64,000 nt of DNA from Candidatus Moraniibacteriota bacterium (GTDB lineage: Bacteria; Patescibacteriota; Minisyncoccia; Moranbacterales; GCA-2747515). The translations under genes and the position numbers were made by a program. The notes under the pieces were generated by a model. That model was not told where the DNA came from. It did no database searches and worked only from the letters and a program-made list of their open reading frames with translations. The stretch lies in assembly GCA_046116545.1 (NCBI GenBank), contig CP175956.1:833734-897733 (forward strand), in the 5' to 3' direction. This document shows positions 8,865 to 19,000 of the stretch, in pieces; positions within the stretch are counted from its first letter, which is position 1, and each line of letters opens with the position of its first letter.

Positions 8865-9188
8865 TTATTCGTGATAAATTAGCCTATCTAAAAATGACCG
8901 CCACTCATCAACTTGTATTCGCAATAACTGTTGCAAGGCATCGATAATATTTGATCTTTCAGTTTGATCACCCACACTTCTTGGCATCAATTGCCAATGA
9001 CTTTTATAATTCCTATAAATATCATGTCTATCGGCAATACTTGGAAATATCCAAACTCTATATTTAGCCCTATGCAACCAATCTCCGATAATTATTTCAA
9101 TCGTACCATTTTCAACAAAATTAATTGTTTTTATAGTATGAGATTTTTCTTTATCGCCATCTTCACAATCCTTAATCAAAAAATTCAT
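8865..9188 (-). CDS. Hypothetical protein
   Basis: 107 aa ORF with SD GGAG in the cassette operon. Confidence 0.6.
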   Translation of the reverse strand: MNFLIKDCEDGDKEKSHTIKTINFVENGTIEIIIGDWLHRAKYRVWIFPSIADRHDIYRNYKSHWQLMPRSVGDQTERSNIIDALQQLLRIQVDEWRSFLDRLIYHE

Positions 9189-9258
9189 AATTCACTCCTA
9201 TTCAAATTATTCATTTTATCAACCTACTTCCATGAATTATACCCATCTACGCTACACC

Positions 9259-9837
9259 TTAACACCGTGATGGCGCTAAACTCGGTTCTGGTGAAAATAC
9301 TTGTTGCATTTTATTTTTAACTCCCTTAATCCATTTGCTCACCTTACTTTGACCTGGTGGCAATGGAGTACATGAAATAAAATATAAGCATACTGGAATT
9401 AATCCAAGTGTAATATCAAATAACCACGCCTCATGTAGATTACCTGTTGTTAATGTTCTCATTAAATCTAAGCTAAAATTCCAAACATGTGCAATGCTCC
9501 ACATAATTCTATGCAAAAACAACGCCTTAACTCTCTCATTTACATAACTATATCCATTTGCATATTTTTTATCCAATTCTAAACATGTGTCATTAATTCC
9601 TAGTACAAAAGCAAGTAATAATAACCAGATCAAAATTCGAGAAAAAATAATCCATGCGTATGCAGTTACATCAAAAACCAAATAAAACTGTATCGTAAAT
9701 GCAACAAATGCAATTGTCGCAAAAAACCTTGTCCACCAAAAATTAGTAAGTCCAAAAGTTTTTTGTGACCAAGTAGAAAATTTTTGAAATATATTAGATA
9801 ATATCCATAAATCTCCGTATATGACTACTTTTTTCAT
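9259..9837 (-). CDS. Hypothetical multi-pass membrane protein
   Basis: 192 aa, about 4 hydrophobic segments; SD AAGGAG; promoter TTGACG-17-TAATAT at 9910-9938. Confidence 0.7.
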   Translation of the reverse strand: MKKVVIYGDLWILSNIFQKFSTWSQKTFGLTNFWWTRFFATIAFVAFTIQFYLVFDVTAYAWIIFSRILIWLLLLAFVLGINDTCLELDKKYANGYSYVNERVKALFLHRIMWSIAHVWNFSLDLMRTLTTGNLHEAWLFDITLGLIPVCLYFISCTPLPPGQSKVSKWIKGVKNKMQQVFSPEPSLAPSRC

Positions 9838-9999
9838 AAATATAGCTCCTTTAGCTTTACAGAATGTAAAATTGTTAATTTACTACTTCAATAAATATAT
9901 TGATTCATGATATTACTATAATTTCACCATTCCGTCAACCAAAATTTGACAAAATATTGGTTTGATTGTATTTTGTGAAAATAGACTTATGATTTTAAC

Positions 10000-10094
10000 G
10001 TCTTTGCGAGGACGACGATAGGAGGACGAAGCAATCTTCTTCAAATTATCAATAATCTGTTCAAGATTGCTTCGTCGTACCTCCTCGCAATGAC
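10000..10094. repeat. Family C RPE-like element (GTCTTTGCGAG..GAAGCAATCT / AGATTGCTTC..CTCGCAATGAC)
   Basis: Long inverted arms; related copies at 22684-22771 and 48658-48779. Confidence 0.85.
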
Positions 10095-10126
10095 ACTATT
10101 CTTTTATTAAATTAATACAAAAAAAT

Positions 10127-12361
10127 ATGAAACTATTAATAGTAGAGTCACCTACAAAAACAAAAACGATTAAAAAATATCTTGGAGTTGGTTATAAAGT
10201 TACTTCTAGTGTTGGACATATCCGTGATTTGCCTAAATCAAATAAAGAAGCAATTGATGTCGAAAATGATTTCAAACCTCATTACGTCATCTCAAAAGGA
10301 AAAGAGGATGTGGTAGATGAGCTTATTCGACTTGCCAAAAAGGCTGACGAAGGAATCATACTCGCAACCGACCCCGACCGTGAGGGAGAAGCTATAGCGT
10401 GGCATGTTGCTGAAATATTAAAAGATGCTGGAATCCCAAAGTCAAAAATGTCTCGAGTTACCTTCAATGAAATTACAAAAGATGCTGTAAACGAAGCAAT
10501 AAAACATCCTACAACAATAGATCAAAATCTACGTCGTGCTCAAGAAGCTCGCCGTGTTTTGGACCGTCTTGTAGGATATGATTTATCAGGAATTATTTGG
10601 AAAAAAGTGCGATATGGACTTAGTGCTGGTCGTGTTCAATCCCCTGCTCTTCATATACTAGTAGAGCGTGAAAAAGAAATTCAAGCATTTATACCAGAAA
10701 CATACTGGAATCTAAGTGCTGATTTCAAGACCCAAAATAAAGATGCTGTGACACTTACATGCAAAGAAGAGCCCCGTGACAAAAAAGAAGTTACTAGAAT
10801 TGAAAAAGAAGCTGCAAAAGGACAATGGATTATAAAAGATGTAAAAGAAACAACTCGTAAACGTAAACCAAAAGCACCTTTTACAACTTCTACTCTACAA
10901 CAAGCCGCATCATCAAGACTGGGATTTTCTCCATCACGAACAATGCGCACAGCTCAGAAATTATATGAGGGTGGACATATTACTTATATGCGTACTGATT
11001 CAACTACACTTTCCAAAGATGCTCTAAAATCAATCAAAAAAACTGTTGTACGAGAATTTGGAGAAGAGGCTTTTGAATTCCGAATCTTCAAATCAAGAAG
11101 CAAAAATGCTCAAGAAGCTCATGAAGCCGTGCGACCTTCACTAGCAGAAGTTGAAAACGCTGGAACAACTGATGACCAAAAGAAACTCTACAAACTAATC
11201 CGCGGGCGTGCTGTAGCATCTCAAATGGTAGACGCACAGACAAAACAAACACGAATTATTGCAAATGTTGATGGTGACAAAGTGCCTGACTTTACAGTTA
11301 CTGGTTCACGCATTATCTCACTTGGTTGGCTTGAAGCTGATCCTGGAGCTCGTGGTGAAGATACTGAAGTACCCAAAGTCACTAAAGATGAAAAATTAGA
11401 TTTGAAAAAATTTCATACAGAAGAAAAAGAAACTCTGCCTCCATCTCGCTACTCAGAAGCTGGACTTGTTAAAGAATTGGAAAAAAGAGGAATTGGACGT
11501 CCAAGTACATACGCTGCAACTATTCGCACAATACAAACTCGTGGTTATGTAGATAAAGAAGGTAGCGCGCTGAAGCCAACTGATACGGGTGAAGTTGTAA
11601 GTGATTTCTTATGGGCTCATTTTGAAAAATATATAAATGATGAGTTCACTGCAGACATGGAAGATAAGCTTGATGAAATTGCTCGTGGTGAGAGGGAGTA
11701 TGTCAAAACACTTACAGATTTTTATAAACCCTTTATAAAAGAAGTCAAAGCAAAAGAAAAGTTAGACAAAGCAACTGATTTAGGTGATGCTGATCCAAAA
11801 ATGAAGTGTCCGAAATGTAAGGGCAAAATGATCATCAAGTTAAGTAAAAATGGAAAGTTCCTAAGTTGTAAGAAATTTCCAGACTGTGACGGAGCAAGAA
11901 TGATGGATGGAACCGAACTAGAAGGTCCAAAAGAAACTGGTGAAAAATGTCCCAAATGTAAAGATGGAAAACTCGTAGAAAGAGACGGGAAATTTGGAAG
12001 ATTTATATCATGTCATAATTATCCAAAATGTAAATTCATTAAAGAAGATCCCAAAGAAGCTGCAAAAAGAAAAACTGGTGTAAAATGCCCAGACTGTGAA
12101 AAAGGTGAAATGAGTGAACGAAATGGTCGCTTCGGAGTATTTTATAGTTGTACAGAATATCCAGATTGTAAAAATGCCATCAAAGCAAAACCAACTGGTA
12201 AATTTTGCAATTACAAACGTGAAGATAAAGGCAATAAAAAATGTGGAAAACTAATGATGGAAGGAACAAAAACAATTCCAGAGAGATGCTCTGATAAAAC
12301 ATGTCCAAATCATCGTCCCGATAAACTTGAAGGTTACAAAAAACCCAAAAAGAAAAAGTAA
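10127..12361 (+). CDS. topA: DNA topoisomerase I
   Basis: LLIVESP, ATDPDREGEAI, SAGRVQS, ITYMRTDS; C-terminal Zn ribbons. Confidence 0.98.
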   Translation: MKLLIVESPTKTKTIKKYLGVGYKVTSSVGHIRDLPKSNKEAIDVENDFKPHYVISKGKEDVVDELIRLAKKADEGIILATDPDREGEAIAWHVAEILKDAGIPKSKMSRVTFNEITKDAVNEAIKHPTTIDQNLRRAQEARRVLDRLVGYDLSGIIWKKVRYGLSAGRVQSPALHILVEREKEIQAFIPETYWNLSADFKTQNKDAVTLTCKEEPRDKKEVTRIEKEAAKGQWIIKDVKETTRKRKPKAPFTTSTLQQAASSRLGFSPSRTMRTAQKLYEGGHITYMRTDSTTLSKDALKSIKKTVVREFGEEAFEFRIFKSRSKNAQEAHEAVRPSLAEVENAGTTDDQKKLYKLIRGRAVASQMVDAQTKQTRIIANVDGDKVPDFTVTGSRIISLGWLEADPGARGEDTEVPKVTKDEKLDLKKFHTEEKETLPPSRYSEAGLVKELEKRGIGRPSTYAATIRTIQTRGYVDKEGSALKPTDTGEVVSDFLWAHFEKYINDEFTADMEDKLDEIARGEREYVKTLTDFYKPFIKEVKAKEKLDKATDLGDADPKMKCPKCKGKMIIKLSKNGKFLSCKKFPDCDGARMMDGTELEGPKETGEKCPKCKDGKLVERDGKFGRFISCHNYPKCKFIKEDPKEAAKRKTGVKCPDCEKGEMSERNGRFGVFYSCTEYPDCKNAIKAKPTGKFCNYKREDKGNKKCGKLMMEGTKTIPERCSDKTCPNHRPDKLEGYKKPKKKK

Positions 12362-12363
12362 AC

Positions 12364-12430
12364 TGTAGTGGCGATCCCTTGTGGTCGCCATTTACAATAT
12401 TTACTGACACCTACAAGGGACATCACCACA
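12364..12430. repeat. GTAG-type REP doublet
   Basis: gtagtggcgatcccttgtggtcgcca...tgacacctacaagggacatcaccaca. Confidence 0.7.
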
Positions 12431-12551
12431 CAATGTCAAAATAAAGCCCAACCTACTGTCGACACTAGGCTGGATTTTGAATTATATCGAAAATAAAAAC
12501 CCAGTTTTCACATTGTAAAAACTGGGATTCATAATAAAAATTGAAACTTGT

Positions 12552-12764
12552 TCAACTCACCTGTTTTAAGGCTTTTTTCTCGATTCGATTATAGAGAGTT
12601 GGATTGTCTCTATATGATACTGGAATTTGAGATTGCTTTTCTACAATCTCACTAATCTTAAATGCAAATGTTCTCGGACATGTACCAGTCTTTTTCAAAG
12701 AAACATCATATACTACATTTTCCAACATAACTGTGAACGCCATGAATGATTCTCCTTGTTTCAA
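12552..12764 (-). CDS. Small hypothetical protein
   Basis: Last ORF of the cassette before hairpin ~12498-12528; real start may be the internal ATG after GGAG. Confidence 0.55.
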   Translation of the reverse strand: MKQGESFMAFTVMLENVVYDVSLKKTGTCPRTFAFKISEIVEKQSQIPVSYRDNPTLYNRIEKKALKQVS

Positions 12765-12979
12765 AAATTAATCTTTTTTGTATTCTCATGAATATTTATC
12801 ATCATTCCAAAAAATCCACCAAGAGCAAATATCCACCACTTATCAATAAGAGCTCCATCAGAAATTTTACCTGTATCACCATCAGCTAATGCACAAACAA
12901 GAATTCCAAGTGTCAACGTTAAGCCTCCTATGAAACTAGCAAATTCTTCAGAAGCTACAAAAATAAAAATTCTTTTCAT
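12761..12979 (-). CDS. Small two-TM membrane protein
   Basis: 72 aa hydrophobic ORF with SD GGGAG. Confidence 0.6.
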   Translation of the reverse strand: MKRIFIFVASEEFASFIGGLTLTLGILVCALADGDTGKISDGALIDKWWIFALGGFFGMMINIHENTKKINF

Positions 12980-13084
12980 TTATTTCTCCCATACTCGCTT
13001 TTCACATCCCATAATCACTGCACAATCTATGCAATAATTTGGAAAACTTAAATTTTTAGATTTTTCTTCCAATAATTTTTGTAT

Positions 13085-13321
13085 TTAAAAACTTGCCTCC
13101 GTCCTAACAAAATTAATTGCAACAAAATCATCCTCATTCCTTTTTGTATACTCATTTACAATTTCAGTAATATCAGCACAAGGACTTAACGTAATTTCAT
13201 CAAATGATTCTTCACATCCTGGACAACCTTGCCTTCGCACGTTACAAACTTTTGCAAATCTCACATCAAAATAAACAGAATAAGTATTATCTGCAATAGT
13301 AACAATTATTGATTCAGACAT
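13085..13321 (-). CDS. Small hypothetical protein with CPGC motif
   Basis: SD AAGGAGG; promoter TTGCAA-17-TATGAT at 13378-13406. Confidence 0.6.
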   Translation of the reverse strand: MSESIIVTIADNTYSVYFDVRFAKVCNVRRQGCPGCEESFDEITLSPCADITEIVNEYTKRNEDDFVAINFVRTEASF

Positions 13322-13492
13322 TCTATCTTACCTCCTTATATAAACATTTATAATTTTGTTAAATTACATAATAAACAATCATACTACAAGATTAATTAAT
13401 TTGCAATGTAAATTTTCATGACATATTATCAATAAAAATACAAAAAAAGAACAGCATCTACAAAAATTTCTGTAAATGCTGTTTTTGAAATA

Positions 13493-13654
13493 TCATTCGA
13501 TAATTAGTACTCCAATCCACCACAGGTATCCCAAGAATAAACCAAAACCACATGGCCATCCTACACACCATACCCAAAAGTGTGCTTCCAGCTCTTCATT
13601 TGTCACAAAAAGGTTTTTTTCTGAGACTGTTCCATTTTTCCTCTCCTCAACCAA
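13493..13654 (-). CDS. Small Trp-rich membrane protein (53 aa, TTG start; not in the ORF track)
   Basis: Manual translation MVEERKNG...HFWVWCVGWPCGFGLFLGYLWWIGVLIIE*; overlaps the upstream stop; terminator ~13448-13485 follows. Confidence 0.5.
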   Translation of the reverse strand: MVEERKNGTVSEKNLFVTNEELEAHFWVWCVGWPCGFGLFLGYLWWIGVLIIE

Positions 13655-14324
13655 TATAGGCTAATCCTTTTTCTTTTAACTTACTACGTGCATTCGTCAT
13701 CAATGAACAAAATTCTTCCTCTGTAAGAATAGTGTCTGTTATATCACTTTTACCAATTGAATGAATAAGTTTTCTATTACGTGTTGCCAAAAGTGCAGCA
13801 ACTACATCCAAACTTATATTTTCTAGATCAAAAACTCGCTTAAGCAAATCCCAATATTCTTCCGAATCTCGCTTATAAGTTTTACCCTTCCAATATAATA
13901 TTTGATCTTTTTTCCAATTATTGTATTCTTGACCAGTCTTTTGTACTTCATAACCAGTTAGACTGCACAACCACAACTGTTCATTGAGAAACTTTGTTTT
14001 GAATGCTTGCAACAGCCCTTCCCGAGTTGCACAATAAACTCCATCAAAATAGAATGGACATTGATATAAATTGCTCAACAAATTTGCAGGATACTTACCA
14101 TGCGAATGAATGTCAATTGACTCATGTTTTTTTGCCACATCATACCCAACAAGTGAAAATGCAACAGTCACAAGTGGAACAAGCCACCATTTACTTATTG
14201 TATAACCGAACAATAAAACCTGACTTCCAGATTGGGTCACTAAAATAATATAGATTACTAATGTTCCTGTTAATCCAAATAATGCCCCCCTGCCGATTTT
14301 ACTTTTCATAATTAAACCTCCCAA
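13647..14324 (-). CDS. Membrane-anchored NADAR-like domain protein
   Basis: Two N-terminal TM helices then LSNLYQCPFYFDG..EGLLQAFK..ALLAT..LIH; likely start at the second Met after GGAGG. Confidence 0.6.
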   Translation of the reverse strand: MGGLIMKSKIGRGALFGLTGTLVIYIILVTQSGSQVLLFGYTISKWWLVPLVTVAFSLVGYDVAKKHESIDIHSHGKYPANLLSNLYQCPFYFDGVYCATREGLLQAFKTKFLNEQLWLCSLTGYEVQKTGQEYNNWKKDQILYWKGKTYKRDSEEYWDLLKRVFDLENISLDVVAALLATRNRKLIHSIGKSDITDTILTEEEFCSLMTNARSKLKEKGLAYIG

Positions 14325-14360
14325 TTGCTATTTAATTTATTGTTCTGTTAACTTACTATC

Positions 14361-14627
14361 CTACCAATCAGGATACTCATAACCAAAATCAGAATCGATT
14401 TCAATTAAACCATATTGATAGTGGTCTTCATCAACATTAATATAATATCCCAATAAAAAACAAATACTTAAAACTACGGGAATACTCCATAAATTATTTG
14501 CGGTAAAATCAAATACCGTTTGATTATTTAAAACAATAACAGCATACAAATACAACAACGCAACCACGAGTACACCAACCATAAATCTTTGCACCATTGC
14601 AATAATGATTTTTCTTGATTTTAACAT
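14361..14627 (-). CDS. Small two-TM membrane protein
   Basis: SD GGGAGG; promoter TTGCAC-17-TATAGT at 14675-14703. Confidence 0.65.
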   Translation of the reverse strand: MLKSRKIIIAMVQRFMVGVLVVALLYLYAVIVLNNQTVFDFTANNLWSIPVVLSICFLLGYYINVDEDHYQYGLIEIDSDFGYEYPDW

Positions 14628-14706
14628 AATGACCTCCCTTCATTATTTTTATTGTTAAATTACTATGATATGTCACTATACTCCAAAACCCATAGATGTG
14701 CAATAA

Positions 14707-15268
14707 TCCCATTCTCCCAATATTGGGAGAATGGATGAAGGTTTGAAGCTATACATTTTTTACAATTTCTTCAAGTTTCAAAAATATACTATCAATATTA
14801 TTATTTACATCATTATTCCAAAATCTCACAACATAGTAACCTTGTAATTCTAGATATTTTGTACGTTCATCATCCTTTTTGCCACAAAATTCTTCCTTGT
14901 GTTGCCATCCATCAATTTCAACAATCAACTTTTTATCAAAACATACAAAGTCAACAATATAATCTCCAATTGGATATTGTCTACGAAATTTCAGATCTAG
15001 AAATCTGCGATTACGCAATCTCGCCCACATCATTGTTTCTTGTGGTGTTTGTTTTTTGCGAAGATTTCTTGCCTTATTTGTATTTTTACTTTTCATAATT
15101 GTTTAATTATACCAACCCCTCACCCCAACCCTCTCCCTTAAGGAGAGGGGGCTTTTATTACATTATAATACTAATACACCGCAATTCTAATAATTATTTC
15201 TATGAATTTTCACAACATCCCCTTCTCCTTTTGGGAGAAGGTGTCCAAAGGACGGATGAGGGTTTTTA
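14707..15268. mobile_element. DUF559 nuclease gene flanked by family A REP-like palindromes
   Basis: Palindromes at ~14707-14745, 15114-15153 and 15217-15268 bracket the ORF. Confidence 0.6.
14749..15096 (-). CDS. DUF559 / Vsr-like endonuclease domain protein
   Basis: ARNLRKKQT..E..W..LR, KFRRQYPIGDYIVDF, VEIDGWQH, GYYVVRFWN. Confidence 0.92.
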   Translation of the reverse strand: MKSKNTNKARNLRKKQTPQETMMWARLRNRRFLDLKFRRQYPIGDYIVDFVCFDKKLIVEIDGWQHKEEFCGKKDDERTKYLELQGYYVVRFWNNDVNNNIDSIFLKLEEIVKNV

Positions 15269-15271
15269 GGC

Positions 15272-15940
15272 TTACAAAACTCTCATCACAGGTGCAAAAC
15301 TTTTTCTATGAATTGGAGTTGCTCCGTATTTTTGCAACGCTTCCATATGAATTTTTGTTCCATATCCTTTATGTCTGGAAAATTCATACTCTGGATAATC
15401 TTTATCATATTGTGATATTATTTTATCTCGAACTACTTTTGCTATCACAGATGCTGCTGCAATACTTTTTGATATACTATCCCCTTTTGCTACGCACACT
15501 TGTTCTCTTGTGAAATTTGGGATTAACTGATTTCCATCTATCATTACCATCATTTTTTCTGCATCTGCATACGCATTATTTTTATCAATATCTTTTTCCA
15601 GTGCTTCTACTGACTTTCTCATAGCAAGTAATGTTGCTTGTAAAATATTTATCTCATCAATCGCTTTTGGGCTACACTTTCCAATACCCACAAAGAACCT
15701 TTCCCGAACAAATTCAAAAACTTCTTCTCTTTGCTTTTCACTCAACAGTTTTGAATCTCTAACAAGTTTCCAACTTCCTTCATCTGTGACAACATCAAAA
15801 TCCTTAATATCTTTTATAACACAAGCAGCTGTGACAACTGGACCCGCCAAAGGACCTCTACCCACCTCATCAACTCCAGCTATAATATGATAACCATTTT
15901 CATATAACTTTTTTTCTTTTTCAAATGTTGCAATCTTCAT
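15272..15940 (-). CDS. rnhB: Ribonuclease HII
   Basis: AGVDEVGRGPLAGPV, DSK, IDGN, SIAAASVIAKV, HKGYGT. Confidence 0.96.
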   Translation of the reverse strand: MKIATFEKEKKLYENGYHIIAGVDEVGRGPLAGPVVTAACVIKDIKDFDVVTDEGSWKLVRDSKLLSEKQREEVFEFVRERFFVGIGKCSPKAIDEINILQATLLAMRKSVEALEKDIDKNNAYADAEKMMVMIDGNQLIPNFTREQVCVAKGDSISKSIAAASVIAKVVRDKIISQYDKDYPEYEFSRHKGYGTKIHMEALQKYGATPIHRKSFAPVMRVL

Positions 15941-15989
15941 ATATCCTATTAATATTCCCTTAAATTTTAAAATTAGACATTTTACATCT

Positions 15990-16033
15990 AACATACTAAA
16001 ATACTAACATACTAAAATACTACTTACTAAAAT
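15990..16033. repeat. Short low-complexity tandem repeat (ATACTAA-based)
   Basis: aacatactaaaatactaacatactaaaatactacttactaaaat between rnhB and dnaE. Confidence 0.6.
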
Positions 16034-16034
16034 T

Positions 16035-19000
16035 ATGTCCTTCACTCACCTGCACGTACATTCTGATTTCTCACTTCTCAACGGTTTAGCAAAAATCGAT
16101 GATTTACTTGATGCTGCCGAAAAAGAAGGCATGAAATCTATCGCACTTACTGATAAGAATGCTGTCTATGGACTTGTTGATCTTCAAGTGAAGGCAAAAG
16201 AGCGTGGTATTAAACCTATTTTTGGTGCTGAAATATTAGTAGCTCCAAATGGCATGGAGAACAAAACTGCCTCAGCGACTGCCCGAAAAGTTAATCAACT
16301 TGTATTACTTGTTAAAAATGAAGCTGGCTATAAAAACTTATTACAAATTGTCACCAAAGCACAATTGGATGGATTTTATCATTATCCTCGTGTTGATTAT
16401 GATGTCCTGCGAGAACATTCAGAAGGACTAATAGCACTTTCAGGAAACAGTTATGGAGAAGTGAATGAACTTCTGAAAAATGATGGTTTTGAGAAAGCAA
16501 AAGAAAAAGCTATTTTATATAGTGACATATTCGGTAAAGATAATTTTTATCTAGAACTACAGGACCATCCTGATTTTGATGCACAACAAAAAATAAATGA
16601 GGGACTTATAAAATTAAATAAAGAAACTGACATACCGCTCGTTGCTTGCGGTGATGTTTTTTATATAAAAAAAGAAGATACTGATGTACATGATATTTTA
16701 CTTTGCATAAAAATGAATCGCCAGGTTGCTGACGGTGATAGACCAAATCTCAAAAAATTTAACCTTTCCTTCCGAACAGTATCCGAAATGACAAAGCTTT
16801 TTTCTCATGTACCCGAAGCACTTGAAAACACGAATAGGATAGCCGAACGTTGTAATTTTGAGATCGAACTTGGACATACTAAACTTCCCTATTATCCAAT
16901 TCCTGACGGAGAAACGGCAGATGGTGTATTACTTGAGATGTGTGAGAAAAAGTTAGTTGAAAAATTTGGTGATAAAATCACAGAGGAACACAGAGAACGA
17001 ATGGCTTATGAACTTAGTATTATAGAAAAAACTGGCTACGCTTCATACTTTTTAATCGTACAAGACTTCACAAATTGGGCTCGTGAAAATGGAGTTGTAG
17101 TTGGACCTGGACGAGGTAGTGCAGCTGGTTCTTTTGTGTCATACCTTACAGGTATTACTAATATGGATCCAATTGAATACAAATTACTCTTTGAGCGTTT
17201 CTTAAATCCAGAGCGAGTCTCCATGCCTGATGTCGACCTTGATTTTGCTGATGATAAACGTGATGATGTTTTAGCTTATGTTCGTAGACAGTACGGAGCA
17301 GACCATGTAGCTCAGATAATTACTTTTGGTACCATGGCAGCTCGAGCTGCTATTCGCGATGCTGGACGAGCTCTGGGGTATGCCTACACCTTCTGTGATC
17401 AGGTTGCAAAGCTAATTCCAGAATTTACTTCAATAGACAAAGCATTAGCAGAAGTACCTGACTTCAAACGCCTCCATAAAGAAAATGTTGACGCTCGTGA
17501 TTTAATAGATGCTGCTAGACGACTTGAGGGACTTTGTAGACATTCTTCTGTTCATGCTTGTGGTGTTGTAATCACTGACAAGCCAGTTTCAGAATACACA
17601 GCCTTGCAGAGAGTTTCTGGAGATGAAGAAGCAACTGTTACTCAATATGCTTCAAGTACTAAATTTTCTGCAGTTGAAAAAATCGGACTTTTGAAAATGG
17701 ACTTCCTAGGACTCAAAAACTTAACCATCATTCAAAATACATTGAACATGGTTAAAAAAATTCATGGAGAAGATATCGATATAGAAAAAATACCACTAGA
17801 TAACAAAAAAGCATACAAACTACTTCAAGATGGATTAACCACTGGAGTGTTTCAATTGGAGTCTAGTGGCATGAAAAGATATCTAAAATTATTAAAGCCC
17901 TCAGTATTAGAAGATATTATTGCTATGGTGGCGCTTTATCGTCCTGGACCAATGGAATGGATACCTGATTTTATTGATGGTAAACACGGCAAAAAGAAAG
18001 TCGTCTATCTACATCCAAAACTTGAGGCAATACTAGCTGACACTTACGGAGTTGCAGTTTATCAAGAACAAGTTATGCGCATTGTTCAAGATCTCGCAGG
18101 ATTTACCCTCGGTGAAGCTGATATTTTGCGCAAAGCTATGGGTAAAAAAATTCTCAAGCTTATTAAAGAACAAAAGATTAAATTTGTTGAGGGTTGTGTA
18201 GAGCAAGGTATCAAAAAAGAAATTGCCGAAAAAGTTTTTTCATTTATTGAGCCTTTTGCTGGCTACGGTTTTAACCGATCTCATGCAGCCTGTTATGGAC
18301 TTATTGGTTATCAGACTGCATATCTTAAAGCTCTTTACCCTGCAGAATTCATGGCAGCACTCATGACAGCTGATCAAGGCAATACCGATAGAATAGCTAT
18401 TGAAGCAGCTGAATGTCGTGATATGGGAATTGAAGTTTTAGCTCCAGATATTAATGAAAGTTTCCAAGAGTTTGCAGTAATCTATGATGAATCTGACACT
18501 AAAAAAGAAAATCCACGAATTCGATTTGGACTTAATGCAATTAAAAATCTAGGAAAACCAGTTGCAAAAGAAATTGTAGCTGAGAGAAAAAGAAATGGAA
18601 AATATACAGATATAACAGATATTTGCACAAGGACTGGCTCAAAAGATCTAAATAAAAAATCAGTTGATGCACTTGCAATGGTAGGAGCACTTGATGATTT
18701 TGCACCTCGTGATGACATCTTAGCAACTATGCCCAGCATCATCACATTTATAAAAGAACTACGTACAAATGCAAGTTCTAATCAAGACTCTCTTTTTGGA
18801 GGAATGAACTTAGCTCGTGCCGAAATAACTCTAGAACACGTAGAAAGCTCTGGCAAAAAACAACATCTTGCATGGGAAAAACAATTAATAGGACTTTATA
18901 TATCTGATCATCCATCAAATGAATATAGGGACTTTTTGGATTATATGTGTGTTCCCCTAAATGAACTTGGTGAAGATAAGGCAAATAAAATAATTTCAGT

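Noticed and set aside
13600-13635. Frameshift at an A7 run after the SD-preceded ATG at 13635
   Set aside because: An intact TTG-initiated frame (13654-13493) overlapping the upstream stop explains the downstream coding sequence without slippage
12498-14703. Prophage remnant
   Set aside because: Small phage-style ORFs are present, but there are no structural, terminase, integrase or replication genes
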